64,000 nt of DNA from Patescibacteria group bacterium. Lineage in GTDB: Bacteria; Patescibacteriota; Minisyncoccia; Minisyncoccales; Staskawiczbacteraceae. The translations under genes were made by a program, and so were the position numbers. The notes beneath the pieces are model-generated. The model was not told where the DNA came from and searched no databases. It saw only the letters and a list, made by a program, of their open reading frames with translations. Of the stretch, positions 16,260 to 25,034 are shown piece after piece (positions within the stretch are counted from its first letter, which is position 1; each line of letters starts with the position of its first letter). The stretch covers positions 2,509 to 66,508 of the forward strand of contig JBBTQL010000011.1 in NCBI GenBank assembly GCA_038065715.1, written 5' to 3'.

Positions 16260-17045
16260 TTATTGCGGTTTTTTAAAATAAACTCCTGTATAATCTATTT
16301 TAACTAATTCTGGACTTATCTTTTTCTCTATAAAAAACTCGTCTAGAGCCTTTTTAGCGCCCTCCCAATGGCCATAATCATCTAAAACAATGTATCCTCC
16401 GATTATAACATTATCGTACAAATTATCAAGGCAGCATTTTGTGGACTCATACCAGTCCCCATCCAGCCTTAAAATTGCAATTTTGCCAATTTTTTGCTTG
16501 GCTGAAGGCAATGTGTCCTGAAACCAACCTTTGCTAATTATAATGTTTTCTTTGTTTAATTTTAAAACTTTAAAAAACACTTCTTCTACGTCTTTTAGGG
16601 AGGCTACGCATTTATCAATTGTTTTTAACTTTCCCTCTGTTTTGTTTAATGCATAACTACTGGCTATTTCTCCGTCTTCTTTTGTGGGTTCTGGCAAGCC
16701 TTCAAAAGAATCAAAAAGCCATATTTTTCTGCCAGAACCAAATTTTTGCGCCATAAAAGCCATAACAGCTGCGCATCCGCCTTTCCAAACTCCGCATTCA
16801 GCAAAAACTCCCTCTGTTTTATTTTTTTCAACCATGTTTGCCAATTCATATACATTAGACAATCTTGCATAACCCACCATAGTAAAAGGATATACTTTTT
16901 TAAACAGCCACAGTTTTTCAAAATTAAAAAAATCTTTCAGCGGAATATTTTTTATAAATATCAGCTTTTTGGCGAGGCTTAATAAAATTTTATTTTTTCT
17001 GATTATATTTTTAATTTTCTCTGTCATTTGTTTAAAAATTCCCAT
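16260..17045 (-). CDS. TylF/MycF-family SAM-dependent O-methyltransferase
   Basis: 261 aa. It has FAECGVWKGGCA, LFDSFEGLP and LRLDGDWYESTK...GGYIVLDDYGHWEGAKKALDEF. Confidence 0.8.
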   Translation of the reverse strand: MGIFKQMTEKIKNIIRKNKILLSLAKKLIFIKNIPLKDFFNFEKLWLFKKVYPFTMVGYARLSNVYELANMVEKNKTEGVFAECGVWKGGCAAVMAFMAQKFGSGRKIWLFDSFEGLPEPTKEDGEIASSYALNKTEGKLKTIDKCVASLKDVEEVFFKVLKLNKENIIISKGWFQDTLPSAKQKIGKIAILRLDGDWYESTKCCLDNLYDNVIIGGYIVLDDYGHWEGAKKALDEFFIEKKISPELVKIDYTGVYFKKPQ

Positions 17046-18151
17046 TGTTTAATAATATTTTTAACATCAAAATCTTTTGCTCTTTGAACTGATTTTTCAG
17101 CTAAGTTATCGTGTAGCCCTTTATCAGTTAACACACTTATTGCAGCTTCTGCTATTTTTTTGCTTAAAATAGGCGTTAAAATTCCAAATTCTGCATATTC
17201 AATATCTTTTGCTTCTTGTTCTATATCTGTTTTTGGAACTAAAATTTCTCTTGGCCCCGATTTGCAGTCTGTTGATATAATAGGAAGGCCGCAGGCCATT
17301 GCCTCTAAAATTGAACATGGCAGCCCTTCCCGTAAAGAAGATAAAACAAATAATTTTGCCTTTGATAAAAATTTAAACGGATTTTCTTTAACGCCTAAAA
17401 AATGCACGCTGTCTTCAATGCCCAATTCTTTAGCTAAATACTTCAAAGACGTTTTCTTTTCTCCGTCTCCTAAAATCACAAGATTAACTTCTTTAATTTT
17501 ACTTTTTATTTCTTTAAATGCTCTTATTAAAGATTGCTGGTTTTTTTCTTGAGACAGCCTGCCCATGCTAATTACTACAGGATACTTAAAAATTTCCTGA
17601 TATTCCTTTTCAAGCGGCAAGGCAGCCAATTTTTTTATTTTTTCAACATCTATTGGATTATAAATAACATTAATTTTTTCTTCTTTAATGTTAAAATTTT
17701 CAATTAAATCTTTGGCAACTGTCTTTGAAACGCAAATAAACATTTTTGCCTTGTTAAAAAAAGCTTTAATCAAGGTTTTTTCTATTATATTACCATGCGA
17801 TTTAGACCAAAGGCTATGGGCGCCAATTAATGTTTTCTCCGAATCTGCCAAAAGCCCCATTAAATCTGCTGGAAATCCAAAGGTAAATATATAATCTGGC
17901 TTTTCTTTTTTGACTATTTTTATAAATTTATAAAGGCCTTTAAAAAAATAATAAATTTTAAAAATAAACCCATTGGAAAGGCGCAGGTTTAAAGAAATCA
18001 TTTTTCCCCTATAGGGATAAAAAATTTCTTCCTTGAACAAAACAATAACTCTTTCAATTGAATCTGGCAAAGCTAAAGACAGTTCAGAAACAACTCTTTC
18101 GCCTCCTCCCATGCTTAAGGTTGGAATTAAAAAAATAATTTTTTTATTCAT
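17024..18151 (-). CDS. glycosyltransferase, GT4
   Basis: 375 aa. It has LSMGGGERVV at the N-terminus and SSLREGLPCSILEAMACGLPIISTD at the C-terminus. Confidence 0.8.
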   Translation of the reverse strand: MNKKIIFLIPTLSMGGGERVVSELSLALPDSIERVIVLFKEEIFYPYRGKMISLNLRLSNGFIFKIYYFFKGLYKFIKIVKKEKPDYIFTFGFPADLMGLLADSEKTLIGAHSLWSKSHGNIIEKTLIKAFFNKAKMFICVSKTVAKDLIENFNIKEEKINVIYNPIDVEKIKKLAALPLEKEYQEIFKYPVVISMGRLSQEKNQQSLIRAFKEIKSKIKEVNLVILGDGEKKTSLKYLAKELGIEDSVHFLGVKENPFKFLSKAKLFVLSSLREGLPCSILEAMACGLPIISTDCKSGPREILVPKTDIEQEAKDIEYAEFGILTPILSKKIAEAAISVLTDKGLHDNLAEKSVQRAKDFDVKNIIKQWEFLNK

Positions 18152-19082
18152 GTTTTAATTCAATTAACATAATTCCATTTTTGCGTTTTAATATTTTTCC
18201 ATAAAGCAATAAAAATAATGCCGGAACCGCTCCTATTAAATAGTCCTTCGAACGCCCTAAAAAATAAATAATTTTAACAAAAAATAAAAATTTATGCCTG
18301 TTTTTTGATTCAGATAGAGATTTTCCAGCTAGTCCTGTTTTAAACTTTCCAACAACAGACTCTAAAAGAATTTTAAACTCTTCTACGTAAAAAATATTAT
18401 TTATTTTAAAGCCGCATTTATTAAATAAATTTGAAATTGCCCATTCATTCCATCTTGTCAGGTGGTGCGGGGGAAAATCCCAGTGATTTAAATTTGCCAG
18501 CATTCTGCCTCTATATGGCACGCTCAAAATTATTTTTCCATCTTCTTTTAACAGCCTCTTAACATTTTGTATAAATTTTAAAGGATCGTCCAAGTATTCA
18601 AATGTTTCAAAAAAGGTAATTATATCAAACTTTGGCAAATTTTCCATTTTAAAAAAATCGTCAAATACTAAGCTGAAAACATTTTTTAAGCCAAAATTAT
18701 CCTTGGCAATCTTAATATTTTCTTCGTCAAGATCTGCCCCCCAGACCTCGCACCCTTTTTTTTCAAGCTCATGCAAGAATTCTCCGGCTCCGCATCCTAA
18801 GTCTAAAACCTTTGTCCCTTTTATAAAATTTTTATTTATTTTAAAAAATTTTTTATGGTATCCTCTATAAACTTCGGGCTTTATAATGCTTTTTATCCTA
18901 AAAGTGTTTTCCTTATACCAATCAAGGCTCGGCGCTCTAAAAGGCAGCCAAAAATGAATTTGACATTCACAACATTCATATAAAGAAAATCTACCTTGCT
19001 TGCTTTCAAAATCCCTAATAAATTTAAAATTTCTGCCTTGCCTGCAGACAGGGCAAATTTCAGGATATTTTTGAAACGGCAT
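18144..19082 (-). CDS. class I SAM-dependent methyltransferase with N-terminal Cys4 zinc-ribbon
   Basis: 312 aa. It has CPVCRQ...CCECQ followed by the SAM motif VLDLGCGAGEFLHEL. Confidence 0.75.
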   Translation of the reverse strand: MPFQKYPEICPVCRQGRNFKFIRDFESKQGRFSLYECCECQIHFWLPFRAPSLDWYKENTFRIKSIIKPEVYRGYHKKFFKINKNFIKGTKVLDLGCGAGEFLHELEKKGCEVWGADLDEENIKIAKDNFGLKNVFSLVFDDFFKMENLPKFDIITFFETFEYLDDPLKFIQNVKRLLKEDGKIILSVPYRGRMLANLNHWDFPPHHLTRWNEWAISNLFNKCGFKINNIFYVEEFKILLESVVGKFKTGLAGKSLSESKNRHKFLFFVKIIYFLGRSKDYLIGAVPALFLLLYGKILKRKNGIMLIELKHE

Positions 19083-20493
19083 ATTTTTTTAAATTTTGAT
19101 AAATTAATTTGTAATCATTTGTGTCTTTTTCTTTGCCGGCTAAAACAATGTCGCCCTCAATTGCGTTTCTTAAAAGAGAAATAATAAAACGAGTATTAAT
19201 GTTTTTTAAATCGTTTGCATTTGGTTTTTTAACTAAGTCTTCCCTTATTTTATTGCCCAACTCTTCAAAGTTTTTTATTTTTCTGCAAAATGGATGGTAA
19301 GAGTAAAATACATTTCCCAAAACATAAACCGGCTTTCCAGAAAGGGCAGCTTCCATTCCCGATGTGCTGGTTAAGGTAATAACTCCTAAAGATTTTTCTA
19401 TAATAGTTTGAATATTTTCATACGGCGAAATTAAAACTACATTTGGAATTTTTTTAAGTTTTTTATAAAAATTAATTTCTCTTAAACCAACAGAAGCTGG
19501 ATGCTCTTTTACATATAATTTATAGGGAAACGGCAAAGAAAAAGCAATATTTCTTATTGTGCTTAACTGCTCTGAATAATATGTTGCCCAAACAGAGGTT
19601 GAAGCCTCTGGTTGGTAGTGCAAAGGAAAAAAGAAAAAATTACTGTCATTTTTTCCCATTTTAGAAAAAATATTTTGCTGCAATAAAATTTTAAACTGCC
19701 TTTTTTCCATTCTAAAAAAAGCTGAAAGCGACCTTTTTAATCTTGCCTCGCTTTCGTAATCAAAATCTTTAAAGAGCTTTCTTTTTAAAAAATAATTCCA
19801 TACAGGTTTTAGTTCATTTATTTTTTTAATATAATGCTTTGCAATGCTAAACTGGCTAAGGCGGATTTTAGCTAAACCCACATAAGAGGGCACGTGCTTA
19901 TGATTCACAAATTTTTCTACAAAATCTTCAGCAAATTCTTTTTCCTTTTTTAATATATCTTGTTCTTTTATTTCTTTAAATGTTTTTTCATATTCTGAAA
20001 GCGTGAACTCTGAATCGTAAATATCTGTTTTGTTGTCAAACCTTGAAGAGCCTACTCCTATATAGGGCACATTATTATTTTTGCAAAAATAATAAACTGT
20101 TTCGTGGAACAAACCTGCTGGCGGCTCTGCAATAACTATATCTGGCTTTTCTTCTTTAAAAATAAATTCAAAAAATTGATATAAATGCGATGTCATTTTC
20201 ACAGAATTTTCATAGCTGAAATTTAATGACTTAAACCTATCAAAGGCGGAAAATATTTGCTTCCACGACAAATCACCGAATTCTTTTTTATTTGGATTAT
20301 AATCTTTAATGCACCAGTCAATTTTTGAAATAAATTTTGCTTCTTTGGGATAGAACTTTCTTTTGCCATATTCAGAAACTTTGCTGTTGCAAATAATTAA
20401 ACATTCGTCTTCCTGCTTTATTGCCTCAACAGCAAGTTTTCCAAAAAACTCTGATAAATATGACGCATTATTCATTAAAAAAACTATTTTCAT
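19060..20493 (-). CDS. capsule polysaccharide biosynthesis family protein (KpsS/KpsC-like)
   Basis: 477 aa. The C-terminal region VKEHPASVG...VITLTSTSGMEAALSGKPVYVLG resembles the Capsule_synth (KpsS/KpsC) family as I recall it. Confidence 0.5.
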   Translation of the reverse strand: MKIVFLMNNASYLSEFFGKLAVEAIKQEDECLIICNSKVSEYGKRKFYPKEAKFISKIDWCIKDYNPNKKEFGDLSWKQIFSAFDRFKSLNFSYENSVKMTSHLYQFFEFIFKEEKPDIVIAEPPAGLFHETVYYFCKNNNVPYIGVGSSRFDNKTDIYDSEFTLSEYEKTFKEIKEQDILKKEKEFAEDFVEKFVNHKHVPSYVGLAKIRLSQFSIAKHYIKKINELKPVWNYFLKRKLFKDFDYESEARLKRSLSAFFRMEKRQFKILLQQNIFSKMGKNDSNFFFFPLHYQPEASTSVWATYYSEQLSTIRNIAFSLPFPYKLYVKEHPASVGLREINFYKKLKKIPNVVLISPYENIQTIIEKSLGVITLTSTSGMEAALSGKPVYVLGNVFYSYHPFCRKIKNFEELGNKIREDLVKKPNANDLKNINTRFIISLLRNAIEGDIVLAGKEKDTNDYKLIYQNLKKYAVSKIS

Positions 20494-20506
20494 ATTTGCG
20501 TATTTT

Positions 20507-21964
20507 CTACGCGCTTTTTAAGGCGCGGTTAATTAATTCTCTGAAAAAAATTATTTCTTTTTTACCGATAGTCCTGAATAAAAATATTAGGCTGCCGTAC
20601 ATTATAACACCAAAAATAATCGAAAAAGAAACATTAAATATGCCCTTTGGATTAAATTGCCATATAGGTAAAATCATTAAAGCAGATGCTATAAAACTTT
20701 TTGCCATAAAGTTCCAATCAATTTTAAATTTAAATTCTTTAAAAGCGAAATGCCACGTAAGAATAAGAACGCAAAAATAAGATAAAAAAGTAATTACAGC
20801 TGCAGCCACAATTCCAAATTTAGGAATTAAAATTATATTTAAAACAAAATTTACTAAAGCGCCCGCTGCCCAAATCATTGCGGCAAGTTTTGTTTTTTTC
20901 ACAAGAACCAAAATATGGGAAATAAAACAATATATTCCATAAACAATCATACTGGCTCCTATAAAAGGAATTACAAAATATGCATTGTCGGCAATTTCTT
21001 TAGTAGAAAGTATTTCAAGCAATTGATGGGATAAAATAGATATTCCAAATACAGCTGGAATCATTACTAATAAAAAATATTTTAATGAATAATTAAGATA
21101 TTTTTTAACTTCGTCTAGATTATTATCGTCAAAAAATTTAGGCAAAACAACTGATAATATTGAATTAATTGGAATAATAAAAAACACTAAAAGCATTCCA
21201 ATAGAATAAGCCGGAGCATAATATCCGACAAAAACGATTCCCAAAATAAATCCGATAGCATACCTGTCAAAAGAGGAAATCACCCAATAAGTAAAACTAT
21301 TAGTCATTATCGGCAAACCAAAACGCAGATAATCTTTTATTAAAGAAAAATCTGGAACTTTTATGCCGATTTTTTTAACAATATAAGCAAATAGGATTAA
21401 AAATATCGCTGCTTTTATAAATAAAAGAGAGAGAAACGCGCCATATAATCCAAAACCCAGTGCAACTGCGCAGATTACCGCCCCAGTCTCCCCAAACATT
21501 TTTAAATTAGAAAACCAAAAATATTTCTCTATTTCTCGCCTGGCTTGCAATACAATTAAGAGAACTGCGCTTAAAGATTCAAAAATAATAAGCAGAGAAA
21601 CAAGTTTTATAAAAACAGAATCGAAATGAAATAACACTGCAACTTGCCCAGAAAATATTACCAACAATAGGGCCATCGCCAGAGTTGTAGCAGAAACAAA
21701 AACTAATGTAGAATACACTCCTTCCTGGATTTTTTTTATATCTTTTTCACCCGCTAAAAATCTAAGCAAAGCGTCAGATAAGCCAAAATAAGCAAAAGGA
21801 ATTAACAAGCTCATGGTAGCTTTAAGTTGAACCCAAATGCCATAATCCTCGGCTCCTAAAATTTTTGTGATAAGAGGCAAAAAAATCAAACTCTGTATAA
21901 CCCCGACCCCGTGGAGCAATCCAATAAGAAGAATATGTTTTACGAATTTAAAATATGAATACAT
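20507..21964 (-). CDS. Wzx-like oligosaccharide flippase (MOP superfamily)
   Basis: 485 aa. The protein is hydrophobic throughout, with about 12-14 helices by eye, and has the typical length and context of a polysaccharide-locus flippase. Confidence 0.75.
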   Translation of the reverse strand: MYSYFKFVKHILLIGLLHGVGVIQSLIFLPLITKILGAEDYGIWVQLKATMSLLIPFAYFGLSDALLRFLAGEKDIKKIQEGVYSTLVFVSATTLAMALLLVIFSGQVAVLFHFDSVFIKLVSLLIIFESLSAVLLIVLQARREIEKYFWFSNLKMFGETGAVICAVALGFGLYGAFLSLLFIKAAIFLILFAYIVKKIGIKVPDFSLIKDYLRFGLPIMTNSFTYWVISSFDRYAIGFILGIVFVGYYAPAYSIGMLLVFFIIPINSILSVVLPKFFDDNNLDEVKKYLNYSLKYFLLVMIPAVFGISILSHQLLEILSTKEIADNAYFVIPFIGASMIVYGIYCFISHILVLVKKTKLAAMIWAAGALVNFVLNIILIPKFGIVAAAVITFLSYFCVLILTWHFAFKEFKFKIDWNFMAKSFIASALMILPIWQFNPKGIFNVSFSIIFGVIMYGSLIFLFRTIGKKEIIFFRELINRALKSA

Positions 21965-23079
21965 TACCTTATTAATGCGCCGTTAGATGCCCAATAAAAA
22001 ACCTTGCTTGTAAGCTCCCATTTTCTTTTCCAGTTATTGCCGTATCTTATTATTAATAGACCTTTATACGCAGTTCTTAAAATTACTGATGGGATCAAAA
22101 AAAGAATTGAAAAAACAAAAGAAAACAGCAGCATATCCATAAATGTTGAATTTTGGAAGAATAATTTTAAACAGCCAAAATAAGAAAAATAGTTGAAGGA
22201 TTTAAAAATTTTTAACACTATCATATCTGCCACAAAACACCACTTAAGCTCTTTGTCCCTTTGAATAAATAATGAAGCAAAATTACTATTCATATATTTG
22301 CTGGATAACAAAAAATTATTTAATTTCTTTTGCAACTGATAATGCAATATAAATTTATTTTCAACAAAATACTTATATTGGGGCAGTTCTTGTTTTACTA
22401 TAGTTTTATTAAGCGCAATTCCATCAATATCGGGATATTTTAAAAACATTAAAGAGGTTAAAATCATATGCGCGTGTTTTGTTTCAATTCCTTTTTCCAA
22501 ATCTTTGTCTTCTGCTATTATTTTTTTTGCAAGGCAAGAATTAAAAATTAATACTGATATAAAGCCGATGTTCGGAAAATTCAACCCAATAATGTCTCTC
22601 TTGTCTATTTCAAATGCTTCCGGCTTATTTTTATTGACGCTGTTCCTAAAAATTATTTTTTCTCCGGTCAGTTTATCTGTAAGGTATGATTCTATGCCAA
22701 GTATAATTAATCCTGTTTTTTCTTTCCCTTTTTTTTTAATAAAATTGACAACTTCGTTTAAACCGCCGTTTGCCATTAAATCATCGTCTCCAAAAAGCCA
22801 GACAAAATCGCCCTGGGACATTTCTATTAGTAAAAGTATGTTTTTATCAGCGCCTATATTTTCTTTGTTTTCATTATATTTTATTAAGTCTGGATATTTT
22901 TCTATAAAAACCCTTACAATCTCCCGCGTGTTATCTGATGAAGCATTGTTAGAGACACATATTTCAACTTCTCCCGCCAGCGCTTTAGCCTGAGGCATTA
23001 TGTTGTCTAAAAGTTTATTTAAACAAGAAGCCCTATTCCATGTCGGGATAGCAATGCTTAGTAAAATATCATTTTCCAT
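21964..23079 (-). CDS. glycosyltransferase family 2 with C-terminal membrane segment
   Basis: 371 aa. It has LSIAIPTWNRASCL, VSNNASSDNT and a DxD-type motif LFGDDD, plus a hydrophobic C-terminus. Confidence 0.75.
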   Translation of the reverse strand: MENDILLSIAIPTWNRASCLNKLLDNIMPQAKALAGEVEICVSNNASSDNTREIVRVFIEKYPDLIKYNENKENIGADKNILLLIEMSQGDFVWLFGDDDLMANGGLNEVVNFIKKKGKEKTGLIILGIESYLTDKLTGEKIIFRNSVNKNKPEAFEIDKRDIIGLNFPNIGFISVLIFNSCLAKKIIAEDKDLEKGIETKHAHMILTSLMFLKYPDIDGIALNKTIVKQELPQYKYFVENKFILHYQLQKKLNNFLLSSKYMNSNFASLFIQRDKELKWCFVADMIVLKIFKSFNYFSYFGCLKLFFQNSTFMDMLLFSFVFSILFLIPSVILRTAYKGLLIIRYGNNWKRKWELTSKVFYWASNGALIR

Positions 23080-24391
23080 AATTTTTCAAAAATTTATCAA
23101 AGGTTAAAATTATATAACTCATTTTCTCTTTAGTTATGCCTGCGTAGACGCCGATCCAAAAAAGATTATTCATAACAAAATCCGTGTTTTCCAAAGAACC
23201 GGAAACTCTGAATTTAATATTCTGATACGCTGGCTGTTTTAATAAATTTCCTCCAAAAAGCATCCTGGTTGCTATTTTATTTTTTTCTAAATATTCTACA
23301 ATTTCATTCCGACTAAATGGAGCCGTTTCTTTAATTAAAATAGGAAAGCCAAACCAAGAAGGTTCAGAATTTTTTTCCGTTTCTGGCAAAATAAAATATT
23401 TTTCGTAATTCTTAAAAAACTTATAAAGGAAAACAAAGTTCTTTTTTCTAGCCTCAATAAATTGAGGCAATTTTTTCAACTGAGCCAATCCAACAGCCGC
23501 CTGCATGTCCGTGATTTTTAAATTATAGCCAATATGAGAATAAATATATTTATGATCGTAGTCTTGCGACAGTTCTCCAAATTTGAAAGAAAATCTATTT
23601 TTACAGGTATTGTCAAAACCTGGCTCGCAAAAACAATCCCTGCCCCAATCGCGGAAAGAAACAATAATTTTTGTTAATAAAGGGTTATCAGCGCACACTG
23701 CTCCTCCTTCACCCATAGTAATGTGGTGAGCTGGATAAAAACTAAAAGTGCTTATATCTCCGAATGTGCCGGTATGTTTGTTGTTATACTTAGACCCCAG
23801 CGCATCGCAAGAATCTTCTAAAAGCCAAAGATTATATTTTTTTGCTATTTTTAAAATTTTATCAATATTAGCCGGGTTTCCCAATGTATGGGCGACAAAA
23901 ATTGCCTTTGTTTTTTGGGAAATTGATTTTTCAATTTTTTTTACATCAATATTATAGCTTCCCAACTCAATATCAACAAAAACCGGCGTTAAATTATTTT
24001 GCAAAATCGGATTTAATGTAGTGGGAAAACCGCAGGCAGTTGTAATAACTTCGTCGCCTGGTTTTAATTGTTTTTTACCAAGTTTTGGCGAAGTCAAAGC
24101 AGATATAGCCAGAAGATTGGCAGAAGAGCCGGAGTTAGTTAAAAGGCAATATTTTACGCCCAAAAATTCGGCGAATTCTTTTTCAAATTGTTTGGCATAT
24201 CTTCCGGCAGTTAGCCAAAAATCAAAAGAGGCGTCAACTAAATTTATCATTTCTTTTTCATCATAAACTCTGCCGGCATAATTTACCGGGGTCTCCCCCG
24301 GAATGAATTTTTTTTCCCCCGACTTTCTGACTTTGTAAAATTCCTTAACCTTATTTAAAATTTCTTTTTTAATTTGTTTCTCTGTTTTCAT
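23069..24391 (-). CDS. rfbH: CDP-6-deoxy-L-threo-D-glycero-4-hexulose 3-dehydrase (E1; RfbH/DdhC/AscC type)
   Basis: 440 aa. It is colinear with Salmonella RfbH as I recall it. The active-site region is SFYPAHHITMGEGGAV, with His where the aminotransferases have Lys. The Fe-S Cys motif is RDWGRDCFCEPGFDNTCKNRF. Confidence 0.85.
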   Translation of the reverse strand: MKTEKQIKKEILNKVKEFYKVRKSGEKKFIPGETPVNYAGRVYDEKEMINLVDASFDFWLTAGRYAKQFEKEFAEFLGVKYCLLTNSGSSANLLAISALTSPKLGKKQLKPGDEVITTACGFPTTLNPILQNNLTPVFVDIELGSYNIDVKKIEKSISQKTKAIFVAHTLGNPANIDKILKIAKKYNLWLLEDSCDALGSKYNNKHTGTFGDISTFSFYPAHHITMGEGGAVCADNPLLTKIIVSFRDWGRDCFCEPGFDNTCKNRFSFKFGELSQDYDHKYIYSHIGYNLKITDMQAAVGLAQLKKLPQFIEARKKNFVFLYKFFKNYEKYFILPETEKNSEPSWFGFPILIKETAPFSRNEIVEYLEKNKIATRMLFGGNLLKQPAYQNIKFRVSGSLENTDFVMNNLFWIGVYAGITKEKMSYIILTFDKFLKNYGK

Positions 24392-25034
24392 TTTTAATAT
24401 ATTGTTGCAGTTCTAGCGGAGTATTAAAAACCATGTCAGCTCCAGCCTTAATTAGATCATCTTTTGTTCTATACCCCCAAGTTACGCCAATACTGTAAAT
24501 AGAATTATTTTTGCCGGCAATAATATCATTTTCTGTATCGCCTATTATGGCTGTTTCTTCTTTTTTTAGTTTATACTTTTTAATAACATCTTTTACATAT
24601 TCGGCTTTTTCAGATTTTTTGTCTGTACCGTCTGTTCCACGAACAAAGATAAAATATTTTTCTAAATTATGTAATTTTATTATTTCTTTCAAAAATAATT
24701 CTATTCTATTGCTCACTATAAAAATTTGGTAGCCGTGATTTTTTAAAAATGCCAACAATTGCTCAATCCCAGAATAGACAGTATTAAGTTTGATCCCTTT
24801 TTCTGCGTAATATTTTATAAATAGACCAGACCCCTTGCTAATAGTTTCCTGATTATTTGTGCTCAACATAGTGGCTAAAAATTCTGCCAACGGCAGTCCA
24901 ATCAATTTCGTTATTTGATCTTCTGAAACTTCTTTTTTAAAATCTTTAGCAACAAGTTTAAAAGATGTGACAATCCCAGGTTTTGAATCGACCAATGTTC
25001 CGTCAAAATCAAAAATAATGTTTTTAAATTTCAT
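24369..25034 (-). CDS. HAD-superfamily hydrolase (phosphatase)
   Basis: 221 aa. It has IIFDFDGTLVDS, VSN and IGDTENDIIAG. Confidence 0.75.
   Translation of the reverse strand: MKFKNIIFDFDGTLVDSKPGIVTSFKLVAKDFKKEVSEDQITKLIGLPLAEFLATMLSTNNQETISKGSGLFIKYYAEKGIKLNTVYSGIEQLLAFLKNHGYQIFIVSNRIELFLKEIIKLHNLEKYFIFVRGTDGTDKKSEKAEYVKDVIKKYKLKKEETAIIGDTENDIIAGKNNSIYSIGVTWGYRTKDDLIKAGADMVFNTPLELQQYIKNENRETN

Noticed and set aside
16045-16921. Same-strand internal out-of-frame ORFs (16045..16251 and 16664..16921).
   Set aside because: They are nested inside the WbqC-like and TylF-like genes in other frames and have no motifs or independent start signals.
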